A stretch of DNA of 64,000 nt from NCBI RefSeq assembly GCF_009914755.1, contig NC_060935.1. One strand, written 5' to 3'. A program made the position numbers and the translations under genes. Below, piece by piece: positions 49,590 to 63,960 of the stretch (the stretch's first letter is position 1; the number at the start of each line of letters is the position of its first letter). The stretch is from the human T2T-CHM13v2.0 reference genome, Homo sapiens. Under the pieces are notes generated by a model. That model worked only from the letters and a program-made list of their open reading frames with translations. It was not told the DNA's origin and ran no database searches.

Positions 49590-50150
49590 TATTAGACTAA
49601 AACACAAGCAAACTAACAAGCAAACAATGCTATTACCTTACAGAAGAGTGTTTAACACCTTCACAGTGGCATGCTCCTCCTATCACAGTCTGTTCCCAGC
49701 TTACCTAACTAACCTCATCTTCAGCCACTTCTTGTACCCTGTGTGTATTCTCACCACTGTGTTATGAGCTTTCTTCACCTTCATATATTTATGTTTCTTT
49801 TGCACAGAATGGCCTTCTTCCCTAATCTTCCTGTTAAATATCTGTGTACTACTCAAATGTCACCTTTCTTTTTCAAAGAATTCCGTGAATATTTCTTTTA
49901 TGGAAGAAATGATTATTTATTCTGAGATCACTTTATATATATTTCAGAAACTATATGGATAAATATTTCATATTGTGTTGTAAGTAATTTTGCATATTAC
50001 ATGTGTTTGGAAACACTAAGAAAACTCCATTAGACTATGTTGGTAGGAACTTTTTGAGGACTGGGTACAGATCTCACTTATCATTCTCACTACCTCTTAT
50101 AACCCCTGTTACACATTAGGGTCACAATAAATACTTTTCCAAATGTTTTG
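49590..50150 (+). mobile_element. L2 fragment
   Basis: CTCAAATGTCACCTT...TTAGACTATG...CAATAAATACT. Confidence 0.55.
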
Positions 50151-50667
50151 TTCAACTTTGTTTCAACAGAAAAAGTGAAATCACGTATATAGAAAACATT
50201 TGAAAAGTTGAAGATTCTGAGTTGAGGTTCAACCTCAGTTTGTCAACTAAGGGACTTTGAATGAGTTCTAAGCCTCTCTGGATTTTATATCACTCATCTG
50301 TTAAAAAAAAAAAAAAGACCAGAATACAGTAAGTTTCCATCATTCAAAAATATAAAAATAAGTTTTCTTCTTTAACGGTAATCTTACGTGAACCTTACTT
50401 GAAATTCTATCAGATAATATAATAAGAGCTAAACTCTTCCAGTTGAAGAGGGAGCTTGAGGAGGACAAAACCTTCCAGGAAAAATGAAAGGATATGTACC
50501 CAAAACTAATATATGTATGATTATTTCTGTACGTATTATGAGAGGCAAAACTCTAGTATGTGTTACAAAATCAGGATTAAGCATCGTATTTCTACCATGT
50601 ATATCTTATATTAACATAACATTTTTATTTTATAATATGTCACTAACATTTTAATATTTAGAAAGTT

Positions 50668-51003
50668 GGGAGGAGACTGATTTGCAGGAAAACTCAATCT
50701 CCCACGTGGAATGGCCTTGCAGCAATTAAATTCTTTCTTTACTGCAAGACCATGGTCTCAGTGAATTGGCTTTGCCTGTGCAATGGGAAAGAAGAACCCA
50801 TTGTGTAATTACAAATTCGAAGTCTCATCTGGAATTTGCCCTTTCAGGTGCCTACCCACAGTTTGTCAGCCTCCCACTGGTAGAACAGACCTGGAGGTTA
50901 ACTCTGATGGCCATTTATTATTTTTGGGGGCCTCCTTCTGGCACCATCTCTGTTGGTGAGGTGCTGTTGACCCATAGTGCCTGGGCCTAATTGCAATGGA
51001 GAA
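50668..51003 (+). mobile_element. ERV1 MER4-group LTR 3' part (MER57/LTR54-like, to ~50813) plus start of internal region
   Basis: GGAGACTGATTTG...ATTAAATTCTTTCTTTACTGCAA...AAGAACCCATT..AATTACA, followed by a decayed PBS-like stretch. Confidence 0.7.
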
Positions 51004-51004
51004 A

Positions 51005-52195
51005 TCTTTTTTTAAAATAATGTTCATCTTAACAGATGCAAGGTGATATTTCATTGCAGTTTTGATTTGCATTTTGCTAATGATTAGTGTTTCAAGAATA
51101 TTTTATATACATGTTGGCAATTTGTATGTCTTATTTTAGAGAAATATTTCTTCAAGTTCTTTTTTAAATCAGGCAGGTCTTTCATTAAAGTCTTTAATTC
51201 ATTTTGAGTTTATTTTTGTACATAGTATAAGATATGGGTCTAATTATATTCCTTTGCATGTGAATATCTAGTTATCCCAACATTATTTGTTGAAGAAACT
51301 ATCTATTACCTATTGTGTAACCTTGGTACCCATGTTGAATATTATTTGACCAACCCTTTCCTTTCCCAGGAAGAAGTTAGGAGTTGGGGGTTATCTCCTA
51401 CTTGTTTCATGCTGAGCCAGGGAGAAGGACTATGGAAAGTGAGTGCTCCACACTGTGGCCTTTGTTCTCAGTGGCCATCAGCCTGGTACCCTTACTGTTA
51501 ATGCTTAGATTCAGGCAAGACAAAAATCATTTTATTGGGAAATGCTTCAAAAAGTCTTAATGTTGGAAATATATGTTAGTCTTCTCTTTTCCTTCCTGGG
51601 AAAAAGGCATGGGCTAGGAATTTTCCTCTAATTGCGATACACTTAGTTGGAGGGAGGGACTATGATAAGTGATTATCACAAATTTTTTACAGGCTTTGAT
51701 GTTGCTATTTTTTTTGTTTGTTTGCTTGTTTTTTGAGACAGGGTCTCACTTTGTCATTCAGCCTGGAATGCAGTGGTGTGATCTCGGCTGCCTGTAGCCT
51801 GGACATCCCCAAGCTCAGGTGATCCTCCCATCTCAGCCTCCCAAGTAGCTGGGACTACAGGCACATACCATCATGCTCAGCTATTTTTTTTTTTTTTTTT
51901 GCTTTTTTTTTTCTTTGTAGAGATGGGTTTTTGCCATGTTGCCCAGGCTGATCTTGAACTCCTGGGCTCAAGCAATCTGCCTGCCTTGGTCTCCCAAAGT
52001 GCTAGACTTACAGGCATGAGCCACCACGCCCAGCCTGATGTTGCTGATTTTACATTCACCTGAGGTACATAAGCTTCTTAACTGGTTTCTGGATTTTGTA
52101 TAAAGAAAATTGGTCCTTGTATTAATGTTGGGTTTGTGTCTCTATTGGGAGTGGAGGGTATCAGGCATCTTGTTCTGTCATCTTACTGGTGTCAT
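51005..52195 (-). mobile_element. L1M fragments (ORF2 end joined to 5' region), interrupted by AluJ
   Basis: ORF 50866-51072 starts MQIKTAMKYHL (ORF2 C-terminal motif). Confidence 0.6.
51708..52035 (-). mobile_element. AluJ
   Basis: CCTGGGCTCAAGC J-type motif; TSD TGATGTTGCT at 51697 and 52036. Confidence 0.92.
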
Positions 52196-52659
52196 TTTTA
52201 TAATAGAAACACTTATTCAACTTCACTCCACATTAGTATTCATTTAAATATTAATTATTTTAGTTAATTAGTTCTTTATATATGTAAAGCTAGTTACCTA
52301 GTGATTATGGTCACTGAGCCACTAAAGCTAGCGGGCTACTCTATCCCTGCACTTTTGCACCAATGGACTAGGTTGGTTGTTTTCAAAAATGCGTATGCTA
52401 CTTGTGTTTTTTATTGTAATTATGTAATTAATTTAAATATAATATTTTTGTGAAAATTTTATTGTGAAAAGAAAATTCTACTATAATACGAAAAAATAAG
52501 ATGCTAAAATGATTTTGTTCAGTTGTAAAAAAGACAATTTTATAATTTTAAAATCATGAAGGTATACTTTTTTCTGTAGAAATATGACTATTTTGTTTTA
52601 TTATTTGACTTATTATTTTACTTGATTTTGTATAGATTCTGTGTGGATTTTTGTACAAA

Positions 52660-53545
52660 TCCATAATATGTATACATATTTATAGCATATATGTAATATT
52701 TTGATACAGTTATACACTGTGCAATTATAAAATTGGGGTATTTACAATATTCATCATCTTAAATATTTACTGTTTGTGTTTGGATCATTTTAAATCTTCT
52801 AGCTATTTTGAAATATAAAATAAATCACTGTGAACTATATTCACCATAATTGGTTATCAAATACTAGAACTTATTTCTTCCTTCTAACTGTATGTTTGTA
52901 CCCATTAACCAGCTTCTCTCCATGCCTATCCCGTCCCAAATCCTTTAAACCCTCAAACAACCACCATTCTGCTTTCTACCCCCATAATGTCAACATTTTT
53001 GTCTGACACATATGAGTGAGAACATGCAACATTTTTCTATCTGTGCCTGGCTTATTTCGCTTACCATGACTTCCAGTTTCATTCATGTTTCTACAAATGA
53101 TAGAATTATATTATTTTGGTCTAAATAGTATTTTATCATGTATATAGACCACAGTTTAAAAAATCCGTATATTCATTGATGAACATTTAGTTTGATTCCA
53201 TATCTTGGCTATTGAGACTAGTGCTATAATAAAGATGGGGGAGCAGATATCCCTCTGATAAACTGGTTTTCTCTCCTTTAGATAAATGCCTAGTAGTAGG
53301 ATTGCTGGATCATATAGTAGTTCTATCTTTAGTTCTCTGAGAAACCTTCATACTATTTTTCATAATGGCTGTACTAATTTACATTCTCACTGACAGTGTA
53401 TAAGAGTTTCCTTTTTGCCACATCCTTACCAACATTTATTATTGTTTGTCTTTGCAATAATAGCCATTCTAACTGGGATAAGAGATAACTCACTGTAGTT
53501 TTGAGTTGCATTTCCCTGATGATTAGTAATGTTGTGCTTTTCTGT
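52660..53545 (-). mobile_element. L1MA (MA4-6-like) 3' end
   Basis: CTAGCTATTTTGAAATATA...CTAGAACTTATT...TTTGTACCCATTAACC. Confidence 0.85.
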
Positions 53546-54503
53546 TGTACAGGCAGATTTTTTCTTAATATGTTAAATTATTCATTCATTTAAGAACTCA
53601 AAGGTATATTTATTGTGATATAAAATATCAATTAGTACACTTACTTGAAATATCTTTTGTCTAAATCAAACCAAATAAGTGTAAAATAAATGCACCTGTG
53701 TGTATTAAAAGTTAAAATGTTACATATCTATAGATACATATATCTTCTGTAGATCACTAAAATATATCCCTATGTATCTATATATAAAATAGATAACTGT
53801 GTCTATGTTTATTTATCTATGTTTTGAAATGGTTCTCTACGATAAATGACTTTTCCTATTAACTGCCCTACTACTTGTCCTGGTGACATTTAATAAAATC
53901 CTCTGTGGTATATTAAATGAGGGGCATCTTTAAACCACTAAGTGTTAATCATCAAACCAAAGAAATGTAACTCACTGTCATCCATTATACAACAAAATCA
54001 GGGGAGAAAAAAATAGATATCACTTGATTTAGATAATAATAACTCATTTTTAAGGAACTCATATAAATTAGATAAATTGGTATACATAGCCACATGTAAT
54101 GTTAGTAAAATTTAAAATGTTATATCCAGAGTGATATCAATTTGGCTAACAGTCTAGTAGAATGTTTTGCATTTTTTAGAGGATGTCTGGGTTTGCAAAA
54201 TGTTTTATGAATGATTCACTGTAGATGCAAAGAGAGCAATGTCTATTCAAGAAATAAAGATAGCAATTAATTTTATCAGTTTTCTGAAGAACAGAAAAAT
54301 AATATATAAGCAGTTCTTCTTCTCATTTTTTAAATTTTAAATTTTTGTGGGTTCATAGTAGGTATATAGATTTGTGGGATACCTGAGATATTTTGAAATA
54401 AGCATGGAATGTCAAATAATCACATCACGAAGAACTGGGTATCCTTTCCCTCAAGTATTTATTCTTTCTGTTACAAACAGTCCAATTAAACTCTTTTAGT
54501 TAT

Positions 54504-55612
54504 CACTTTTTATTCTTCAAATTTTATTTTAAGTTCCAGGGTACATGTGCAGGATGTGCAGGTTTGTTACATAGGTAAACGTGTGCTATGGTGGTTTGCT
54601 GCACAGATCAACCCATCACCTCAGTATGAAGCCCAGCATGCATTAGCTGTTGTACCTGATGCTCTCTCTACCCCAACCCTCCCCAGCAGGACCCAATGTG
54701 TGTTGTTACCCACAGCTGTGGCCATATCTTCTCACTGCTCAGTTTGCACTTACATGTGACTGAATGCATTGTTTGGTGTTCTTCTCCTGAATTAGTTTGC
54801 TGAGGATATTGGCGTCCAGCTCCATTCACGTCACTGGAAAAAAAAAACCACGATCTTATTGCTTTTCACGACTGCATAGTATTTCATGAGTATATATGTC
54901 ACATTTTCTTTATCATTGATGGGCATTCTATCATTGATGAGAATTTGCATTGATTCCACGTCTTTGCTATTGTGAATGGTGCTACAATGAGCATATGTGT
55001 GCATGTATTTTTATAATAGAATGATTTATAATCCTTTGAGTATATACCAAGTAGCGAGATTCCTGGGCCAAATGGTATTTCTGCTTCTAGATATTTGAAG
55101 AATTGCCACACTATCTTCCACAATGGTTGAACTGATTTACATTCCCACCAACAGTTACATTCACAACCTCCCCAGCATCAGTTGTTTCCTGACTTTTTAA
55201 TAATTGCCATTCTGACTGGCATGATATGATATCTCACTGTAGTTTTTATTTGCATTTCTGTAATGATCAGTGCGTTGAACTTGTTTTCATATATTTATTG
55301 GCTGCATGAGTGTCTTCTTTTGAGAAGTTTCTGTTCATGTTTTTAGCCCACTATTTATTGGGGTTGTTTTTTTCTTGTAAATTTGTTTAAGTTCCTTGTA
55401 CACTCTAAATATTAGACCTTTGTCAGATGGATAGATTGCAAAAATTTTCTCCCATTGTAGGTTGTCTGTTGGCTCTGATGATAGTTTCTTTTGCTGTGCA
55501 AAAGCTCTTTAGTTTAATTGGATCCCATTTGTCAGTTTTTGCTTTTGTTGCAATTGCTTTCGGTGAGTTCATTATAAAATCTTTGCCTGTGCCTATGTCC
55601 TGAATGATGTTG
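54504..55612 (-). mobile_element. 5'-truncated L1PA8-like copy nested in the L1MA 3'UTR
   Basis: AAGTTCCAGGGTACATGTGCAGG 3' end; TSD TTTTAGTTAT (54494-54503 / 55623-55632). Confidence 0.9.
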
Positions 55613-58600
55613 TACAGCACAATTTTAGTTATTTTAAAGTGTACAATTAAGTTATTATTGACTGTAGTCACTGTTGTGCAATCAAGTAGTATGTCTTAGT
55701 CATTCTATTTTTTTGTATCCATTAACCATTCTCACCTTCCCCGAATCCCCCTACTACACTTCCCAGCCTCTGATAACCATTCTTCTACTCTCTATTCCCA
55801 TGAGTTCAATTATTTTGATATTTAGATCCCACAAATAAGTAAGAGCATGTGATGTTTGTCTTTCTGTGTCTGGCTTATTTCACTTAACATAATGATCTCC
55901 AGTTCCATGAATGTTGTTTCAAATAACAGCATCTCATTGTTTTTTTTTTTTAATCTGAATAGTATTCCCTTGTGTATATGTACCACAATTTTTTTATTCA
56001 TTTATCTGTTTATGGACACTTACATTGCTTCCAAATCTCAGCTATTGTAAACAGTGCTGCAAAAAGTAGGAGAGTACAGATTTTTTTTCACTATACTGAT
56101 TTTCTTTCTTTTGTGTATATACCCTGCTGTGGAATTGCTGGATCATATGGTAGCTATATTTTTAGTTTTTAGAGGGACTACCAAACTGTTCTCCATAGTG
56201 TTTGTACTAATTAACCTTCCCCCCAACAGGGCATGAGGGTTCTATTTTGCTTGTCTTTTGGATATAAGCCATTTTAACTGGGATGTGTTGGTATCTCATT
56301 ATAGTTTTGATTTGCCTGATTTATGTGATGATCAGTGATGTTGGGTACCTTTTGATATGACTTTTTGCCATTTGTATGTCTTCTTTTGAGAAATGTCTAT
56401 TCAAATCTTTAGTCCATTTTAATCGGATTATTAATTTTTTTCTTATACAGTGGTTTAAGATCCTTATATATTCTGGTTATTAATCCCTTGTCACATGTTT
56501 AGCTTGCACATATTTCCTCCCATCGTGTGGGTTGCCTCTTCACTTCATTGATTGTTTTCTTTGGCTGTGCAGAAGCTTTTTAACTTGATGTAATCCCATT
56601 TGCCCATTTTTTCTTTGGTTGCCTGTGCTTGTAGAGTATTGCTCAAGAAACTTTTGCCCAGACCAATGTCCTGGAGATTTTTCCCAATGTTTTCTTGTAG
56701 TGGTTTCACAGCCTGAGGTCTTAGATGAAAGTCTCTAATAAATTTTGATTTGATTTTTGTATATGGTGAGAGATAGGGGCCTAGTTTCATCATTCTTCTG
56801 CATATGAATATCCCATTTTCCCAGCACAATTTATTGAAGAGACTTATTTTCCCAGCATATGTTTCTGGCACCTTTGTTGAAAATGAGTTTAGTATAGGTA
56901 TGTAGATTTGTTTCCAGGTTCTCTATTCTGTTGCATTGTATCTGTTTTTATGCCAGTACCATATTGTTTTGGTTACTGTAGCTCTGAAGTATAATTTGAA
57001 GTCAGGTAATGTGATTCCTCTAGTTCTGTTCTTCTTGCTTAGGATGTCTTTGACTATTCTGTGTTTTCTGTGGTTCCATATAAATTTTAGGATTTTGTTT
57101 ACTATTTTTGTAAAGAATGTCATTGGAATTTTTTTAGGGATTAAATTGTATCTGTAGATTGCTTTGGGTTATATGAACATTTTAACAATATTGATTCTTC
57201 CTATCCACGCCCATAGAGTATTTTTACATTATTTGGTGTCCTCTTCAATTTTTTCATCAATGTTTTATAATTTTATTATAGAGATCTTCCACTTCTTTGG
57301 TTAATTTCTATTTATTTAATTTTATGTGTGGCTATTGCAAATGGAATTATTTTAATTTTTCCTGATTTTTAACATTTTGTATTTAAAATTGTTATACTTT
57401 CTTGCTAAACTGACCCCTTTATCATTATATAGTGACCTTCTTTGTCTCATCTTATAGTCTTTGTCTTTTGTCTAAGTATAGTGACTCTTGCTTTTTTTTG
57501 TTTGTTTTTTTCCAGTGGCATGAAGTATCTTTTTCCATCCCTTTATTTTTAGTCTCTGTGTGTTTTAGAAGTGAAAGGTGTTTCTTGCAGGTGACAGATC
57601 AATTGGTCTTCTTTTGTTTATTTGTTTAGCCACTCTGTCTTTTGATTGGAGAGTTTAGTCCACTTACATTCAATGTTGTTATTAATAAGTAAGGACTTAC
57701 TCCTGCCATTTTGTTACTTGTTTTCTTGTTGTTTTGTGGTGTTCTCCTCTTTATTTTTTTTCCTATCTTCCCATAGTGAAGGTAATTTTACCCTGTGATA
57801 TAATTTAGTTACTTGCTTTTTAAATTTTTGTTTATCTAGTGTATGTTTTTTGGTTTGAAGTTACCATGAGTCTTGCAAATACTATTATTTGAAAAATAAC
57901 CCATTATTTTCACCCAATAAAAACTTAACACTGCATAAACAAATAAACAAAAACAAAACTAAGAAAATTGTACACCTTAACTTCACCCTCTCACTTTTTT
58001 ACTTCTTGTTGTTTCTATTTATGTATTATTGTATTGTGTATATCTTGTAAAGTTGTTGTAGTTACTATTTTTGATGGTCCATTGATTACTCTTTTTACTT
58101 AGGATAAGAGTAGTTTACACACCACAGTTATAGTATTATAATATTCTGTGTTTTTCTGTGTACTTACTATTACCAGTGAGTTTTGTACCTTTGGTGTGAT
58201 TACTTATTGCTCATTAACATCTTTTCTTTCTCACTGAAGTACTCTCTTTTAGCATATCTTGTAGGACAGGTCTGGTGTTTATGAAATCCCTCAGCTTTTG
58301 TTTGTCTGGTAAAGTCTTTTTTTCTCCATGTTTGAAGGATATTTTGTCCATATATGCTATTCTAGGGTAAAAGTTTTTTCCTTTGGCATCTTAAGTATGT
58401 CATGCCACTGTCTCCTGGCCTGTAAGGTTTCCACTGAAAAGTCTGCTGCCAAATGTATTGAAGCTCCATTGTATGTTATTTGTTTCTTTTCTCTTGCCGC
58501 CTTTAGAATCTTTTCTTTATTCTTGACCTTTGAGAGTTTTATTATTAAATGCCTTGAAGTAGTCTTCTCCGGGTTAACTCTGCTTGGTGTTCTGTAACCT

Positions 58601-61024
58601 TCTTGTACTTGGTTATTGATAGCTTTCACTAAGTTTAGAAAGTTATCCATTATTATCTTTTCGAGTAAAATTTCTACCTCAACTTTTTCTCTACCTCCTC
58701 TTTAAGGCCAACAACTCAGATTTGTCTTTTGGAGGCTATTTTCTAGACCCTACCGGTGTGCTTCATTGTTTTCTATTATTTTATGTTTTGTCTCCTTTAG
58801 CTGTATATTTTCTAATAGCCTGTGTCCACGTCCACTAATTCTTTCTTCTGCTTTATTAATTCTGTTAAAGGACTCTGATGCATTCTTCAATTTGCCAATT
58901 GCATTTTTTCAGCTCCAGTATGCCTGTTTGATACTTTTCATTTCAATTTCTTTGTCAAATTTATCTGATATAATTGTGAATTTCTTCTCTGTGTTATCTT
59001 AATTTTCTGTGTGTGTTTCCTCAACACAGCTATTTTGAGTTCTCTGTCTGGAAGGATACATAACTGTTTCTGCAGGATTTATCCCTTGTTTCTTATTTAG
59101 TTCATTTGGTGAGGTCATGTTTTCCTGGATGGTGCTGATGCTACTTGATGTTCTTTGGTGTCTGGGCATTGAATATTTTAGTATTTACAGTAGTCTTTAT
59201 TTTCTGAGCTTGTTTGTACCTGTTCTTCTTGGGAAGGCTTTCCAGATATTTGAAAGGATTTGGGGGTTGTTATCTAAGCTGTATCTGCTTTAGAAAGCTC
59301 AGTAATGCTGCAGTTCTTGCAGACTCTTAGAGGTATCTCCTTGATGGTCTTGGACAAAATCGAGCTGAATTCTCTGGATTACCGAGTGGAGACTCTTACT
59401 CTCTTGTCTTACTTTATCCCCTCAAAACAGTCTCTCTCTCTGTTATGAGTCACCTAAATCTGGGGGTGGAGTGACACAAGCACTCCTGTGACCACCACCA
59501 CTATGACAGCATTGGGTCAGGCCTGAAGCCAGCACAGCCCTGGATCTTGCCCAAGGCCTGCTGTAACCACTCCCTGGCTACTGCCTATGTTCACTCAAGC
59601 TCCCTGGGCTCTAGAATCAGCAGCTGGCAAATCTAGCCAGGCTGTTTCCTTCACTTCAGGGTGATGAGATCCCTCACCCCTGCATGGGTCCTGAAGTGCC
59701 ATCCAGGAACTAGAGACTAGAGTAAAAATCCTTAAAATTACCCCTGATGTTTTGTTGTACTGCAGCTGAACTAGCATTTAAATCACAAGATGGAGTCCTT
59801 CTCCATCTTTCCTCCGTTTCCCAAAGGCAGAGGAGCCTCACTCCATAACCACCACCACCACAGGCCCACATGGAATTCTGACAGACTACCACTGATCTTC
59901 TTTCATGGCCCAAAGTCTGTTAAGTCAGCTTGTGATGAATGCTGCCTAGCCTAAATCTCACCCTTCAATGTGGTAGGCAAGTCTAGAGTTTCTATGCAAG
60001 ACTGAAGTCCCAAAACCAATGACTCCAAGGGCCCGCTTGGTGCTCTACCCCACCCTGTGGACAACCTAAAGTACCCAAAGTGAAGACAAGACAATGTCCC
60101 CTTTACTTTTCCCTCTGCTTTTCTCAAGCAGAAGGAATTTTACCCCATAGCCACCACACTGTTAATGTGCGGAGTCACACTTGAGCCAACAAGTTACATA
60201 GGCTTACACAAGGCCCTCAACATAGTACTCAGGTATCAGTGTTGGTTATTCAGGTCTCAAGCGTTCTTCAGGTAGTAGGTAATGAAAGCTGCTAGGAGAG
60301 TGGGTCTTTTCTTTGAAGGCATTGAAGGCAGTGGGTTCCCTTCTGTCCCAGGGTATGTCTAGGAATGTTGCCTGGGAGCTACAGTCTGGAATAAGGCCTC
60401 ACAACTCTGACCAGTACCCTATCCTCCTGTGGCTGAGCTCATATCCAAGATGCAACACAAAGTCCTCCATACTCTTCCCTTTCCTCTCTTCAAGTAGAAA
60501 GAAGGTGTCTCTTTTGGAGCCACAATCTGTGCCACCTGGGGTTAGGAGAGGGTTGATGCCAGCACTTTCTTAGCTTCCCCAGCTGATGTCTCAGTGAGTC
60601 ACATGCACCCCACTCCCCAGCTCCTTCCAGTATATTTTTTCTTGGCCCCATTCAACCATGGACTCCACTAAGATTTTCAGTCCTTATGGCCTAGATTGTC
60701 TTTCAAGTTTGCTTAGAGACCCAGACCCAAAGCAGATTGGCCCTTGGTAGGGAGGTTTGCAGGAACTCAAGTTCATACTTCTGGTTTCAGCAATTCGCCT
60801 TTGGCTGTAGCTGGTTTAAATGCTCCCTCTTTGGGTGAGCCTCACGTGAGTTTGTTCTGTTTGTTTTTTGTTTGTTTGTTTGTTTGTTTTTATTTTTTTC
60901 CTGCTAACAGGACAGCATTGAGTTCAATGTCTCAAAATTGCTATGTTCTCCTTCCCCCAGCACACAGATGCTCTTCACACCATGATGGGGGTGACTGGGG
61001 GATGGCATTGGCAATTAAACACTA

Positions 61025-61099
61025 TTTTTTTAAAAGTGAAAGCAAGTTTATTAAGAAAGTAAAGGAATAAAAGAATGGGTACTGCATGGGCTTAGTAGC
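61025..61099 (-). mobile_element. Polyadenylated ERV1 LTR fragment (LTR9/MER61-like) with TSD
   Basis: Minus strand ...CTTAATAAACTTGCTTTCACTTTT-A7; TSD CAATTAAA(C/G)ACTA (61012-61024 / 61100-61112). Confidence 0.75.
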
Positions 61100-61307
61100 C
61101 AATTAAAGACTAGTGTTTTTAATCTTTTCATTTCCTCTTTCAGTGACACTTTGTTAAAACCAGATACTATGAGGGTTCATCTGAGTTTTGTTTCTCATGG
61201 AGGTGTTTCTTCTTTGTAGATTGTTGTTAAATTTGTGGGTTTTTATGAGTGGTGAAGAGATGATCAGTGGGGCCTTCTATTTTTGCCATCTTGCTCCACC
61301 TCTATAA

Positions 61308-61631
<324 letters not shown>

Positions 61632-63059
61632 AAGCAGTTCTTTAAATAAGGATTTAAACATGTCATTTGTGTTTTAAAAATATTTTTCAAATAAGAGAAC
61701 TGATAAAATAGGACAGTAGTTTGAAAAAATATGTTCATATTATGAAATCTATTTAATTTAAAGAAAATGCTAAAAATAATTATTTATATGCAATCTAAAA
61801 CAAGTCTTCAAAAATTTTGATATTTATATACCTAATGATTTTTTTTTCTGGCCACTGTTAGAAATGTGGTCCCTCTAGGAAATTATTATTTAGTTAAGAT
61901 CTAAAAACAGTTGACAGACATTTCAGATTAAAATATGCTTTTTCCAATGTGGTATGTTAAATTATGGTTTATATCCACCAGAAATTCAAATAATATCATG
62001 CTAAAGGAAAGAGTCTGATTTTGAGTCTCTCTCCACAGAACTTATTGTATTTCTATATATGAAAAATGAAGTAAAAGATTTTAAGTACCACAAATGTTGC
62101 CTAGTATTTGGTAGATTTCAGTCCCTTATAAGTATTTCTCTTCATACACAATGCTCTTAACATTCAAATGTTTAGGCTTGAATAACTCTTTACTTTCTGT
62201 GGCCGTGATAAAAATATAATGTATGTATTTGTGTGTGTGCGTTTGATTTTAATAATAATTGATGAAGCATAAATGTATGTCAATGTCTGCCACATTTTTT
62301 TTTTGTTGCCCGGCCGGTAATAGCCAGTCTGTTAGAAAGATTTGAATGCCAGGTTCTTAATTTTTAAATCATATTAGAATTGTTTAAGTGGTTTTTACAT
62401 TTAGCAAAAAAATCATTAACCTTTTGTGAAAGAAAAATTACTGCAGTAAGCTTTTTTGTTTTTGCTTTGACTTCCATTTTCACTAAAGTGGCATCTCCTC
62501 TGCTATTTATTAATGATAATTTAGGTTTTATATCTTGTTGAATTAATAAAGGAAATTATTCTTAAGTGATCTTCAAACTGTCCTTTCAGAGAGGTAGTCT
62601 GCATGCATGGTCCCTCTTGCTTGGAAACGAGGGCACTGAGACCCAGAGTCAACACAGAGTTTCCTACAAGTTCTTTATTGTCTGAGGTTGAAACCCAAAT
62701 AAAGCAAGGATTTCTTTATTTCTTATGGCTCAGCAACTCTCAAAATAAGAGAGGTTTTCTGAAAACTCTTTGGTACATAAAATATAAATAAAGACAAAAA
62801 TGTAACCATTCTATCTAGTTACGCAAATTTTCAGTAAAGCTTGACAGTAATTTCTTTTTCTTAAAAAATGGGAATTGCTGGAAGATAATATAACACTAGC
62901 ATTTTCTCTCACTTATTTTTGTTTAAGTCCAAAGCAATAGTTTTGCATACTAAAATATACTTACTGTCTTAGAAAAATACTCCTTGAGAATTAGGATACT
63001 TTACATGTGTTTCCAGGCCTTGGTCAAGTGCAGTTGACTCTGAAAGCCAGAACCAATCC

Positions 63060-63372
63060 TATTCATTCATTGATTCATTCATTCAAAGACAGGCTCTCAC
63101 TCTGTCGCCACGCTGGAGTGCAGTGGCATAATTATCGCTCATTGCAGTGTCAAACTTCTGGGCTCAAGTGATTCTCCCACCTCAGCCTCTTGAGTAGCTA
63201 GGATTACAGGTACAACACCACCCATGGCTAATTTTACTTGTTTCAACTTTTTGTAGGGACAGGGTTTTGCTATGTTGTCCAGGCTGGTCTTAAACTCCTG
63301 GCCTCAAGTGATCCTCCCATCTCAGCATCTCAAAGATCTGGGATTACAGGCATGAGCAATTCTGCCTTGACC
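63060..63372 (-). mobile_element. AluJ with (TCAT)n tail
   Basis: TGGGCTCAAGTGAT and CCTGGCCTCAAGTGATCC; heavily CpG-decayed. Confidence 0.9.
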
Positions 63373-63774
63373 AAAATACTCTTAAAGTGATAGAAAGATT
63401 TTATTTCTAAATTTGAAGGACTATGAGACAAACTATAGATTGCAGTAAAATCACAGCAATGTTATTAGAACAATTTTCCTCTCCATCCAAGTTTTGCTTT
63501 GACTTTGAATCAGTGTGAACCACATTGTTGTTATTGGCTTGCATTATCTTCATGAAGACTCTAATACAGCTGTGCACATAGCAATTGCTTGGAAATTTTG
63601 GTTTTGTTATCTTTGGAACTGCTTTTTTTAAGTATTTCTTCATAGCTTTCCTCATATGAAAAATATGTGAATGTATGAATATCAATGATATTGCATACTG
63701 TATTAGTATGGCTTGCAGAAATTCCTGTCCTTCTCCCTTAGACTGCAAGACAGACTGGAGAGACTTAAGTTTTA

Positions 63775-63960
63775 TAAGACTTAGATTTAAATATTTGCTC
63801 TATGATAAGCCAGTAATACACCTTTCAAAAGTCACTTACCTGAGCCTTTTTCCCTTCATCCGTATAATGCCAACAATATTATATTCCTCATTTCATATAC
63901 TTACTGTGAAGATTAAATAATGTAGAAATTATATCAACTGTGAAGTGTTTAGGGAGCACA
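63775..63960 (+). mobile_element. MIR SINE
   Basis: AAGTCACTTACCTGAGCCT...TGTGAAGATTAAATAA. Confidence 0.7.

Larger units (their letters stand above)
54319..61302 (-). mobile_element. L1MA2-like element with both ends, a large internal ORF2 deletion (~57370) and nested insertions
   Basis: 3'UTR TTTTTGTGGGTTCATAGTAGG; ORF2 remnants (56545-57123); ORF1 remnant (58357-58650, EKILKAAREKKQITY); 5' end GCCATCTTGCTCCACCTC; TSD TATAAGCAGTT at 54305 and 61303. Confidence 0.9.

Noticed and set aside
62200-62900. Unique sequence with TGACAG/TAAT motifs as a possible enhancer
   Set aside because: Short motifs are frequent in AT-rich DNA; unsupported without conservation data.
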